Shown here in pieces: positions 1-11,106 of a stretch of 29,143 nt of DNA (positions are counted from its first letter, which is position 1; every line of letters begins with the position of its first letter). Source of the stretch: Dimargaris cristalligena. Taxonomy: Eukaryota. Both the position numbers and the translations under genes were made by a program. The stretch lies in NCBI GenBank assembly GCA_003614675.1, contig ML002210.1:62001-91143 (forward strand), in the 5' to 3' direction. The notes below the pieces were generated by a model. That model saw only the letters and a program-made list of their open reading frames with translations, was not told the DNA's origin and did not search any database.

Positions 1-424
1 CAGCTAGCAATGGGTGCTCCACAGCTTCGGATGTCAGCTGGCTGGGTTCCCCTGAACTAGCCTTGGGAGACAGTCTCTCATCCCTGCATCACCAGTCGGT
101 TAGCACCAATCAATCTAATATAACTATTTTTTCTCCCGTGGGACAAGTATATATATTTGTTGTCCCAACCCATGAATCTCTCTACAGGCTTAATCGGCCT
201 TGGGTTGGGGTCGCCAAGCGGAGCACATGCAGAAATCCCTGAATTTACTTCACATTAAGCTCCCATCCCATAGATGCGCTGCGCCTAGGCTTCCCACTTC
301 ATCTCTACTCTTGCCTCATTTTGTTTGCATCCCATCCCTCGTTTAAAACTCCGCTAGTTTCTAGTCATCTACGCTGCATTGCCGCTCTACACCTAGCCTT
401 AATTCAGTGGTTCAACTCGTGCCC

Positions 425-3014
425 ATGGCCACTCGAAATCGCACCTTTCTTTTCGTTCAGTACCGTAACTCATTTGGCCATGCTCACCGGAAACGCCGCG
501 CCAAGGCCATCGGCACTAGTCCGGGGGGCATCCAGGGCCGGGGGCGCAGCGGCACGGTCAATTCAATAAGTAGTGAGCGCGACGGTCTCATCGGTGAGGG
601 CTCTACTTTGGTCCCTAGTTCCGGAAACGACCCCATGGCGCTAGACGCCAGTGACGTAATAATCGAAATGGCCACCCTACCGCCGAAATGGTAAGAGGTA
701 TGTCGCCCCACGTGGTCTATACATTAGAATGAATAATTCTTGACTTATGGCAGAACCGGCTCCTATTTAGTTTACATGGCTGGCCTGTTGTTCGGGTGTC
801 CGCCTTCTTAATTACAAATTGGGCATAGTTTAGACTGTATCCTGGTTTGCGCTCCGTATCAATTTGCACTAATGGTTTATCCTTATGTCCAACTATCCCC
901 CACTTCCAAATCCTTCCAGAGATACGCAGGAATCTATCTATACCAGCACCGCATTCGTACTGGCTGCTTCATTATCAAATCCCTGCGGTGAATGTGATTC
1001 TAGATTGCGACACCTGGACTGTGTCAATTGCGCCAGAAGAACCCATATTGCATACTTTCTTGAACATCCTACCTTCGGCCCTACTGCTAACCCAACTCTG
1101 ATGGTCCTATATCTCTACAATCCCTTTCTTATTATTGCATTACTGTTTCCGACCCGCTCCTTTCTTGCGCCATCATAGGGTGGACATAGTTGACGAGGTA
1201 AGCCTTTTAGTATTAATATTTGGCAGTTGCTGTACAGACTGTGGATTATAGAGTGCTAACAGCCCAAGCCATCGCTTCCGTCTTTTTTTCTATTAGAGTT
1301 TACCATCCAGTTTTCGGCATTATGTTGTATATTTATCTATTCGATTTCCGGCCACTCATATTTTACTTTATATTCCCCACATCTAATCCGGCCCTATTTT
1401 AGATTAACGAGAAGTTTCAACAAATTCGAAATGACAGTAAGTAATCCTCTGACCACCATGCTCTAATAAGTAGCCCAGTTCATGAGGATTTTTTAGCCAA
1501 TAGACTCTGGGTTAGGTAAAATGCCTTGCCCCCTCATATACCTACATCTAATGATTTCGCGTAAGCTATGTATTACGTATTATTTTACCCGGTATACCAT
1601 TCCCCCTCATATCATCCTGGAACTCTATTCCAACCGCTCGTTAGTGAAATATCTATCCTCACTACATAAAAAGCACCTCCTCCCGGGGTTTGATGATCGC
1701 CGGGAAGATGAGGATATGATCGAGGACCTCACTAATTCAATAACCAAGGTAAGGTTATACTCATATACCTTCGTAGCATTCTAGGCATAATATTCCTAGA
1801 ACGATATTAAATTGATGGACATATTTACCCCAGTTCTACCTATGAATTCATCTAATTCTCACAACTATACGCATATGCCTTTTATCCATGATATATATAT
1901 GTAACCCTCCTTAGCAATTCCACGAGGCCCAGGAACTGATCCGATATATTGTCCAGCCCAGTGCTGAGGGCCAGGAAGTTACCGTCGGTAATAACATCCG
2001 AGTGGCCATGGCGTCAAAGTTGCAGACTATTTCGTCTGACTTCCGGAAAAGCCAGTCCGATTACCTCGATAGTGAGTGCGACCTTTTGGATTGCTAATGA
2101 CTTAATCTGATGTACTATCTAAACTATTGGACCACGCTCTTTCATCATCGCGACCTTGGTGTCGCATAGTATCATTATCGTGTTTATTAATACCTTGTCC
2201 TGGCTTTTTGAATTGAACTCTAACCACCCGATTGTAGAGGTCCGGAATTTGAGAAAGCGCAACCACGATATGTTTGCCCTCGATACATCAACTTCGATTG
2301 ATCCATCCCAGGAGCGGTCGTTTAATTTTGTAAGTTTATGGTGGAGTTAAGCTGAGCGGAGCTATTGATCAATTGTACGCAATGGTCACTTATACGGAGA
2401 TGCCTGACCAATACCAGCGGGAGCTGCTCTATTAAACCCCGTTTACCATGATTATTTATTGTGTTTCGTACCTACCCTATATCAGGACCTTACCGACGAA
2501 CAAATTGCGACAATGAAAGATAATGATGAAGCAATCACCGAGCGCGAGCGCGAGATTGATGAGATTGCCAAGTCCATCACTACAGTGGCGGAAATATTCA
2601 AGGAGATGCAGACGATGGTGATTGATCAGGGAACCCTGTTGGATCGTATTGACTATAATGTTGAACAAGTAGTAGTGCATGTCAAAAAAGCAAACGAAGA
2701 ACTCGACGAGGTAGGTCACTAATATGAAGCGGGCTGTTTGGTCCTGTGCCCGGTGCCTGTTGTAATGTACTAGCTGTCCCCCCTATCTTTCTCTTCAACG
2801 ATGAAATGCACCTTCTCACTCATGTTTTTAACATGATTATTTCATTATTATATAACCCCCATGTATCAATACAACACATACACAAACCCTTGGGCATTAC
2901 TAGGGCCATCGTATTCAAAAACGCGGAACGACCCAGAAATTCATCATCATCCTGCTTGTAATTATCACTGTCCTTATTGTAATTTTAATCGTTAAACATA
3001 TACATCGCAAGTAG
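425..3014 (+). CDS. TLG2: Qa-SNARE syntaxin Tlg2/STX16, 8 exons, about 335 aa
   Basis: Exons 425-690, 1179-1197, 1403-1436, 1645-1748, 1915-2071, 2238-2329, 2486-2710, 2904-3014; all introns GT-AG and phases consistent (1008 nt). N-peptide MATRNRTFLF (Vps45-binding type), LPPKWVDIVDE, LHKKHLLPGFDDR, SNARE motif EREREIDEIAKSI...DQGTLLDRIDYNVE, C-terminal TM anchor FIIILLVIITVLIVILIV. Confidence 0.95.
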
Positions 3015-4035
3015 ATTTCCTTCTTTTGGCTTGCGTTTATTAGCTATAATAAACAGGAAGCAGGTCTTATGATAAGTACGCCTCATTTTAACGACACCCA
3101 CCCGAGTTTAGTTTATCTTAATTTCGGGCTCCCCGAGGTGAAGACCTGGAGAAATCGGATACCACTGCCCCCTGTTTCCCGCTTATTACATGGCTGGGCC
3201 GTTGGGTAGTCGAGCTATCCTTTTCCCCAGCACTGGTCTCCTCAGTTTGCCCATGTTCTCTCTCCTCGAAATAGACCCTTTGGTCTGTCATTTGCAGCTG
3301 CATTTTCCCCCTAATTACCTTTTCATGTTTCCGCATTGCTATTCAGTATTTAACCAAATGTGATGCAGCCCAGTCAGACTGTGCAGGCCTCTTCTCCCCT
3401 GCTGATGTGGTTCATGCCTCCTATGTATATCCTTGGGTATGGGCCATGCCGACAGCCCAATATCCTTACATATGACCCCATTCTCCACCCCACACTTTGT
3501 GGAAATATTTCACCCGGCTCACCTCCTTCCCCCTTCATCTCACCTTTTTGGATAGTATTCACCGGTTTGTCGATGTCCAGACTGTCAACCCCTGAACCCG
3601 CCAGAGGCTCCGGATAGCCGCCTATTCCTACTCCTCAGAAATGACAATTGTTGTTCGTTCACCCGGGTCGATGCATCGTTGCACATTATATTTCGTTGGA
3701 CACCTGCTATTTAAAACTATCGAAACCAATCCGTGTCGTCTGGACCCTGGTCAGATTTTTCCCCTCGTAATTATTTTGTACCCCTTCCTTCGTTATTTAC
3801 GTTTGTCCCAGTATAGCTATGTTACATTTGTTCAATTTCTAATAACCAGCCCCTCACTTACGTGTCTTTATAGTTTGCTCTTGCTTCATTTTTATCGTGG
3901 TGGTCAGATTATACTCGACAACAACCCGTGCTTTGTTTATTAAGAAGCCGCACCCACAGGCAGAACGTAGCCAAACACCAGCCTTTTCCACCTCCGGGAA
4001 CAGTGGCTTCCCCGTATCATATTACGAACAATAAG

Positions 4036-4229
4036 GTAAGTGCCAAAGGTCAAAGGTACTGGGTATTGGTATTATACTGTCCTCTCCTTGGACATTGGTC
4101 ATATTGAAAAAAAAAAGCGGACTAGATAAACTAACCTTCGAGTGGTTGATTATAATGGGGGAGGGGTACCTATGTGCGATTCTCTCGTGGCCTCGAAACC
4201 CGTGCGTGGTTATTAGAAGCTAGTTTTAG
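4036..4229 (+). other. Putative 5'-UTR intron of the Chs7-family gene
   Basis: Strong donor AAG|GTAAGT at 4036 and acceptor TTTTAG ending 4229, 24 nt before the ATG at 4254. The 194-nt length matches other introns here. No transcript evidence. Confidence 0.45.
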
Positions 4230-4253
4230 AGCCGCCCGTTGACCCTCACTGAC

Positions 4254-5478
4254 ATGCAGTACGGTAGTCTCCAGGAATTCTGCGCCCAACCGAGCTCACC
4301 AATTTGCAATATTTTTGCCCTTCGTCCTCCGGCCAAATGTATCATCATGGGCGAGTCCATCAGCGGGGGTACCGTACGACTAGTTAACATCGGGGATTTC
4401 GTCATCTCAACCCTGTCCATAATCATTATCGCGTATGTCTGCTTCCGTATCAAGGGCAAGCTATCGGGGGTTGGGCGGCAAGAGTTTTCGTACATCTACC
4501 TTCTCTATACCGGGGTGCTAGTCTGCCAAATTCTCTCGATAGATTGGTACTTCAAAGACGTCAGCCCGTGGATTGCCTGCATTCACGTGGCACTTACCAT
4601 AGCTACTTTCTGGTGCCTCCTTCTTAATGCTCTAATCGCATTTCAGATATTCCCGGACGGAAGTCGCGTGTCCCTCACGGTGCTACTCATGAGTACCTTT
4701 CTGGTTTTCGTGGGTAGCCTCTACATTACTCTTGACACCCGCATCGGTCTCACTAGCGCTCTATTACCGTTGGATGGCCGAGGGGGACTCGTTTCCCCCG
4801 CCTTGTTTACCCTGTACATTACGTTTCCATTGGTGGCCATTAGTGTGTATCTATTCTGCCAAACCCTCTTGGTGCTCTGGTTTCTAACGATTCGTCGGCC
4901 GCTCGGTAAGTTTATCGCGGACTTGGCCACGGCAGGGCCCTCTTGAACCTTGGGAAGTTTGCCAAGGGGACCCTACGCATCTATAAAGCGCAGACTCCTG
5001 GCATACCACTCCACCGGTTGGGCAGTACGAACTTGACTAACCAGTTTCTTTCTATATTACATTGTCAACATGCTTATTACTTTACCCCGGGAAAACAACA
5101 GCCTTTTTGTACGGTTCATTAGTCTGCTTTGTTCTCGGCCAGGTATTTCTTTTGCTTGTTAGCCAGCCACTGTGCGAAAGCTCCAACGAGTCGATGGACG
5201 CGCTTATGTTTACCACAGCATTCAACACAACCAGCCTGTGCCTACTCTATATTTACTGGGCCGCGGTGACTGCGGGTAAGTTGTGCGGACAATTGGTTGT
5301 AATAAGTTTAGTACCTAGCGGACATGTGGGTAAATGGTCCACCTTGGATACTTATAACTACGGGCACCTATGGCTAATAACTTCGTGGCCCAGATTGATA
5401 TTTCGTGTATTGCCTCCTTTCTTCCTTACCTATGTAGATGAGTGGGATGAATACGAAACAGTGCAGTTGAAACACTAG
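4254..5478 (+). CDS. CHS7: Chs7-family chitin synthase export chaperone (multi-pass ER membrane protein), about 288 aa
   Basis: Exons 4254-4905, 5102-5275, 5438-5478 (867 nt, in frame). N-terminal MQYGSLQEFC...PICNIF, NIGDFVI, SGVGRQE (cf. AVGRKE), FWCLLLNALIAFQIFPDGS, LC...MD..F, YW..VT..DE, about 7 hydrophobic segments. Could be a paralogue rather than the orthologue. Confidence 0.88.
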
Positions 5479-6063
5479 CCCATGCTAAAATGAGGCATGG
5501 TCGAGCGATACGAAAAGGGGTGTCTGCAGGATTATTCAGGCCACCAGTCATATTGTTGTTAATTTATCGACCACTGAATTAGCCTGCCCAGCTGTCCGTT
5601 GACCTAATTTCACCAAGGCCGCCGCTCCAAGTGATAATAAACTGGCTGGTGTTATATTTATCTGATGGCCGAATCCCACGTTATTGGAGACCGATAGTTA
5701 GTTAAAAGATCCCGCATTCACCTATAGGTTAGGGCAGACAATACTGGTCCCTCTAAATTAGTCAATTGGGAAATTCTTACAATCCTTTTACCCACAGGCA
5801 TTGCACCAACCCCCAATCACCTAGCAATTCTATTACATTTCCCCCACGGTAAGGGGATTCCAACAAGTTTCGCATTCGTTCAGTATGACCAGGCGCTGCT
5901 CCTTTAACCCAGTTCTTCCTTGCCTTACCTTCTCTTCTCTTCGCATTGCCAACCTTTCGTATTCTGCCTGTTAACCAGCCGCGCTTTTTTTGTCTGATTT
6001 AAACCCCATTAGCCCAACCTTTATTTCCCTCCATTGCCCGCCCTCACACCCAAGTTCTTGAAA

Positions 6064-6321
6064 ATGGGCGTAACCATCGAAAGTCTCAAGGAAAAGATCA
6101 CCAAGGAGCTTGCGGCCGAGCATGTCGAGGTCAAGGACCTTTCCAGCGGCTGCGGACAGAATTTCGAAGTCATCATCGTGTCCCCGAAGTTTGAGGGTAA
6201 ACGGCTGCTGCAGCGTCACACCCTGGTCAACACCGCTCTGAAAGACGAAATCGATTCTATCCATGCCTTTTCGCAAACCACCCTGACCCCCGCCGAGTGG
6301 GCCACTAAGCAGGCCAAGTAA
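6064..6321 (+). CDS. BOL2: BolA2/Fra2-type BolA protein (Fe-S cluster/iron regulation), 85 aa, intronless
   Basis: ATG in AAAATGG context; SSGCGQNFEVIIVSPKFEGK, LLQRH.LVN.AL..EI..IHAF...TP.EW. Carries the Cys (SGCG) and His (IHAF) typical of BolA2/Fra2; no targeting presequence. Confidence 0.92.
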   Translation: MGVTIESLKEKITKELAAEHVEVKDLSSGCGQNFEVIIVSPKFEGKRLLQRHTLVNTALKDEIDSIHAFSQTTLTPAEWATKQAK

Positions 6322-7658
6322 ATCACCTATCCAACCGCGATTACACCAACTAAACCATGTTTTATTATTATCCTTACCTGGGCAGGCTACCCTTTTAAAT
6401 ACCAGACTAATAGTATTATATTTATTGAGCACGAGTGGACTTTAAAATTGCGTGTGCGTGGAGGGGGAGGGGTGCACTTTGACAAACAGTGATGTACCGG
6501 GAAATTAAAATAGAATCAGCTAGTTGAAACCGCACAATGTTATGGGGCATTTGGTCCGAAATAAAACTGGCCTATCCAGGCTCCCCTAATAGGACCTAAA
6601 GGGAACTGTTAAGGCTAGTGGCGAGTGGGCCAGGTTGATATGCGAATATATGTACTTCAAGGAGACAATTGTCATTAATGCTTCCTGCGGATGCGATAGC
6701 TAAAACATAGTTGGCCAACCGAACCCCCCAGCGCCCCAAAATGGGACAGTGCCTATCGTTTAGCCGGCGGCCCGGGACTGCCCCAGCTTTGTTCACCGGG
6801 TCCTCTCAGGACTCATCGGGGCCGGCCTGTTATTAAGCCAATATTAATAGACACCAGCCCCTAACAAGCGCATCTCTACCCTGCCCTCGCTTATATATTT
6901 ATTCACAAAAAAGGAAGGCTATCATCGGAAGGGCGAGGTCGGGGACCTTCGTCGAATTTAACGCAAAGTGCGGCTCCTCTGGCCTCGGAAATCCATGCTA
7001 GTCCACTGACCAATATTAAAGGAGGAGGTGTAAAGGGTGGCGGACCCTGGGCCCGAGGGCTTAGGGAAAATTAAATCCTCCCAACGAAGAGGGACTGGGG
7101 TCACTGTGCCAAATCATTTACAGCACCTCTAATCCATTATGCTGGATTGCCCTTGCTATACTTTGAAAACCCCCTTGGCGGTCTTTGGTCAAGTGTAGAA
7201 AATTATCGGGTGCCTGGAAACCCCATACTGTTATGTTAGTCATCCAACAAGCTCTTAGATCCGTCCGTACCGGCCACTTTCAGCAGATGAGGCGGCACAG
7301 GCCATGTATGTTCACTAGAGGTTTACGTGAAGGAAGGCGTGAATACAAAATAAACCTCTCAGATAATATAGTCGCCCTATAAAATGATTGAACGTTTACC
7401 GTTGAACAGCTTTGTTGAGCCATTGGGCCAACCACAGTGAACAGTTTGGCTGTATTCTCTCTCCAATTCTTTCTTTATTCTACTCTTGCCCTCTTTCCCT
7501 TCTCCCATTCTATGGTACACGGGCAGTGAACCGGGTCCCGACGGGTGGGCCCCTCTGCGGCCGTAGGATACGTTCCCGTAGGTTCAACGATGGCCGTGGA
7601 CCAGTGCCTTGGCCTTTTCTTAGTAGAGGAAGCGGTGAAATGGCGGCCGTCTATGAAA

Positions 7659-7675
7659 GATATATATATAATATA
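7659..7675 (+). promoter_or_regulatory. TATA-like (AT)n element upstream of the secreted-protein gene
   Basis: GATATATATATAATAA about 290 nt upstream of ATG 7965, followed by a CT-rich leader-like tract. Confidence 0.35.
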
Positions 7676-7964
7676 AGCCGATGGCAGGACCGCCCACTTC
7701 ATCTCCTTACCTCTACAATACTTTGCCATTTTTCCTTGACCACACAGTCTCAAATTCTCCCACAATACAATACTATTTACATACTCTGTAGGTACTATAG
7801 TTGAGTTGTTTTCTTGCAATATTGTTTCCAGCTCTTCCGCGTGCCTAGTTTTCTCAAAGAAGTGTCGACGACTTCTGCCCTTAATTATTATTAACCTTCC
7901 AACCGCCTGTCTTTTGCCCGACACCTTCGTACTATCTACTGTCCTTGCCAACCAGTAAACGACT

Positions 7965-8822
7965 ATGTATCGCCCCACCAACTCTCGGGTCTGGACTTTA
8001 GTAGCCCTTTTTAGTTTAGTCGCCTTGGGTACTACGCATCCCCTCCCCTACCCTCAAGATGTCGCGGCTACCGACAGTCTGGCCTCAACGACTATGCCCA
8101 CTCTAATAGACCCGGTTCAGGTGGATAACCCCGAGGTGGCTGACCTGGTGTCGGAGAACACTGTCGATCCCACTACCACCACCTCCGTCTATTCGCCGGG
8201 AACACTCACGACCACATCTATTCCAGAGACAGTGGTGACCCCCCCACCCAGCCTTGAAGTCAAGGTGGTGGAGCCTGTGGTAGCAGCACCCCTAGCCATC
8301 GCTGATACAGACAGTACTCTTAACCCAACAGCCCCCGTAGCCGCTGCTTTATCTGACACCACGGCGGTCTTGCCATCGGCTACCTCGACCATCATACTCA
8401 CTTCGGAATCGCAAAGTACCTCCTCTGCTGAATTGACATCGGCCACATCGACCATTACACTGACCTCCGATACGCAGGCTACCGCCGCGTTGGAAACTAG
8501 CTTGTCAAGCGATACCGTCCCCGCCACCGCGGAGGGCGCCGTTAAAATTAGCGAAGGCGGCGCAAACGAGCAAGCCCCGCAGTGCTCCAGCGTGACCACA
8601 CTTCGCAATACCGATCTCCTTCTGTTCCATAAGATTGTCATCTGCAAAGATACGCTGGCCACCCGCCTAAACAACGGAGAGCAGGTCAAACTGCCCACGG
8701 TCAGTTTGCTGGCTCCGACTTTGAGTTCTGGGCTATTGGACTGTATTACTTCCATTGACACCTACCATGCCCTCGAAATGCATCCCGAAAAGTTCGACTG
8801 CGCTCAGGTATTCCCGGCCTAA
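7965..8822 (+). CDS. Orphan secreted Ser/Thr/Pro/Ala-rich protein with a C-terminal 4-Cys domain, 285 aa, intronless
   Basis: Hydrophobic signal-peptide core VWTLVALFSLVALG followed by HPLPYPQ; long low-complexity S/T-rich stalk; final ~80 aa of higher complexity with four Cys; no GPI-type hydrophobic tail or TM segment. Confidence 0.8.
   Translation: MYRPTNSRVWTLVALFSLVALGTTHPLPYPQDVAATDSLASTTMPTLIDPVQVDNPEVADLVSENTVDPTTTTSVYSPGTLTTTSIPETVVTPPPSLEVKVVEPVVAAPLAIADTDSTLNPTAPVAAALSDTTAVLPSATSTIILTSESQSTSSAELTSATSTITLTSDTQATAALETSLSSDTVPATAEGAVKISEGGANEQAPQCSSVTTLRNTDLLLFHKIVICKDTLATRLNNGEQVKLPTVSLLAPTLSSGLLDCITSIDTYHALEMHPEKFDCAQVFPA
8370..8477 (+). repeat. Imperfect internal duplication, 63-nt (21-aa) offset, within the secreted protein
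   Basis: ttgccatcggctacctcgaccatcatactcacttcggaatcgcaa (8370; LPSATSTIILTSESQ) versus ttgacatcggccacatcgaccattacactgacctccgatacgcag (8433; LTSATSTITLTSDTQ). Confidence 0.75.
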
Positions 8823-11106
8823 TTGACCGGATAGTTGCCATGCATGCGCGAAGAGGATTAGCAGGGCCCACTGCGCTTCCCTTTTCTCCTAATTTCTACT
8901 GTAATGACTTAATCAATTTACCCCTTTTTTTAATTGATTTTCCCTATCGTTGCCGGACTTCCTCAAAGGCATTTTTTTCTACCTCTTAAACCGACCCTTT
9001 TGCTGTAACGGGTCCCGTCAAACTAACGATTTTTTTTAAACCCGTGTTTCTCTTCACATAGGTTTACTACTTCAGTAATATGCAAACTATATAAATATAT
9101 AATTCATTTCAATTTAATGTATTTGCCGGTAGGTCTACAGCGACCCATATTCCATGAATTCCCCCTCCGATGGATAGTCATACGTTACTATGTGTTCAGA
9201 TTGGCTTTTTTCGTATATTTCAATGTATTAGTAGATTTATACCCAAGATTCCACCAAATTTCACCCCCAGTGGAGTATATAGTCGGCGTCTATTTGTATA
9301 CACACATTTTACTTTAGAAGTGGAGACGCAGTCTCCAGGAGTGAGGAGGGGTTTCACACTGGTTATATTATATATTCGCGCTGGCGCCCTAGTCGGTTCG
9401 AGGTGATAGCCAATCGCTATGTTTAAACATTACATTTTCTGGAATCGAATCTCGTAAAACCAGGCCAGCCGGGATATATTATACGTGGCACGTTATAGCT
9501 CAGGTGTCAGGTCGCCGTATATTTTTTAACGGCCAGTGCTTCTACTCACCGAAACCTAGTTGTAGTCATAGCGCGGGTTGCAAAATGGCTATTAAAAAGT
9601 TTCGGTGGTAAATCTGGCAAACCTCGCATGGTATGGATGCAGTTTTATTAGGCCTGCCTTTTGAGGTGAATGTTGTGTTTTTGAACACCAACCTCCTGTC
9701 AAACAACGTCCACATGATGTCCCGGAGACCATAAACAGCGCACATGGGTAATATTCATTCCGATCCTACTCTATTATTATATGGGAAAAGTCGGAAAACT
9801 CATTGGATTCCATTTGGCACTATATTTGTTGGTCCAGCTGGGTAGTCCAGCAGATGGGAGTCCTCTTGGCAGTCTTCCATGTATTTTTCTATTTCATATG
9901 GGGTTGAAAGTCGCCTGATGTATGATTTGGTCTAGACAGGTAAGAGCGAAGGAAGAGGCGTGCGACTTAAACAAGCACTACTACGATGGCCGCTTAGCCC
10001 TGGCCAGTATTACTTGATTGGTTTGGCGAGCCTGTCCTATCCTATTCCTCTATACCCCCGCAACAGTGGGGTCTCCGCGACCAGCGATTGAGTCCACCTG
10101 AAAAAGGTTGGAAGGATTGTCATTCCTTCGGAGTCAAGGTGGCGATCATTTCCCCATTCAACATGGGGCTTGGGGCTATAGTCCCAGACAAGATTTGACC
10201 TACTAGGCCAGCTCCAGAGGAATTATTAACTTAGTGGGTTGCCTTTCCAATGGTGTTGTATGGCTTGCCGAAGTGAACCATCTGCCTTCGTTTGGCCGAT
10301 TACGGAAACCCCTTTTCAACCCACTATTCGCATTTTCGGATTCTCGAACCACAATAGGACCAGAGCGAATCCTTTTTTTCCGAAAAGACGACATATTTTT
10401 CACTGTTGGCCCCTGCCGCTAATTCCACCACCTTACCATGTATATTCATTACCAGCGCCCTATTATCTTGGAGTGTAATTGGGCTCATTTGAGAACTCAA
10501 GCAGTGGATAGGCAGGTGGAGGAAAGGGCGATCTGGTTGTCCAGATTATACACCCACCATAATAAATACAACCCCCGGCGCTCATTAATGGTAGTTATAT
10601 TGGACCCACTCCCCATTTATTCTGCCACATTCCTTTTTTGTATACATAACGATTCCCTTACTATCTTGTTACTACATATTTGGTCTACCTGTTCTTACTA
10701 AAAAAACCGTATCCCTTTTCCCCTCCTTTATACACATTAAATAAAGTGTAGTGTGTGGGCCCTACTGGTCTATTTCCCAAGTTATAACAATTTATTCGCT
10801 GGCCTGAAGGGCCGCTTAATTAACCTATTCCATATTTTCCGCTATTATATACCTCCATATTGGCTAGAGTGCCCTTTCATACTTCTACTCCATACTATTC
10901 TTAGCGTTAGTGGGCCAAGCCGCCAGATTTATACACGTCACCGTACCGATGCCAATTATTTAAAGCCCATTCCTTTCGTCAATATATTTTACTTCCACAG
11001 AACCCGGCTCTTTATCCGGAAAACGACTATTTGAGCTTTTCGACCCATTATACTTAAAGGCCCAACCTGACCTGCGTTTTACTTATCTATTTTGTCATTA
11101 GAAATA

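Noticed and set aside
691-1178. Long Tlg2 intron 1 as a snoRNA host, and the ORFs at 847-1101 and 885-1178
   Set aside because: No convincing box C/D pair with a terminal stem; the ORFs are intronic and lack motifs.
3118-3943. Short ORFs between Tlg2 and the Chs7-family gene
   Set aside because: Pyrimidine-rich promoter/UTR-like sequence with no family motifs or consistent splice chain.
5971-6432. 153-aa antisense ORF over BolA2, and similar antisense ORFs at 8189-8761, 11373-11894, 20783-21292 and inside Prp24
   Set aside because: Shadow ORFs of codon-biased real genes, with no recognisable motifs.
9390-9460. GGTTCGA and TTCGATTCC T-loop-like strings suggesting a tRNA
   Set aside because: No paired T-stem, acceptor stem or cloverleaf could be formed.
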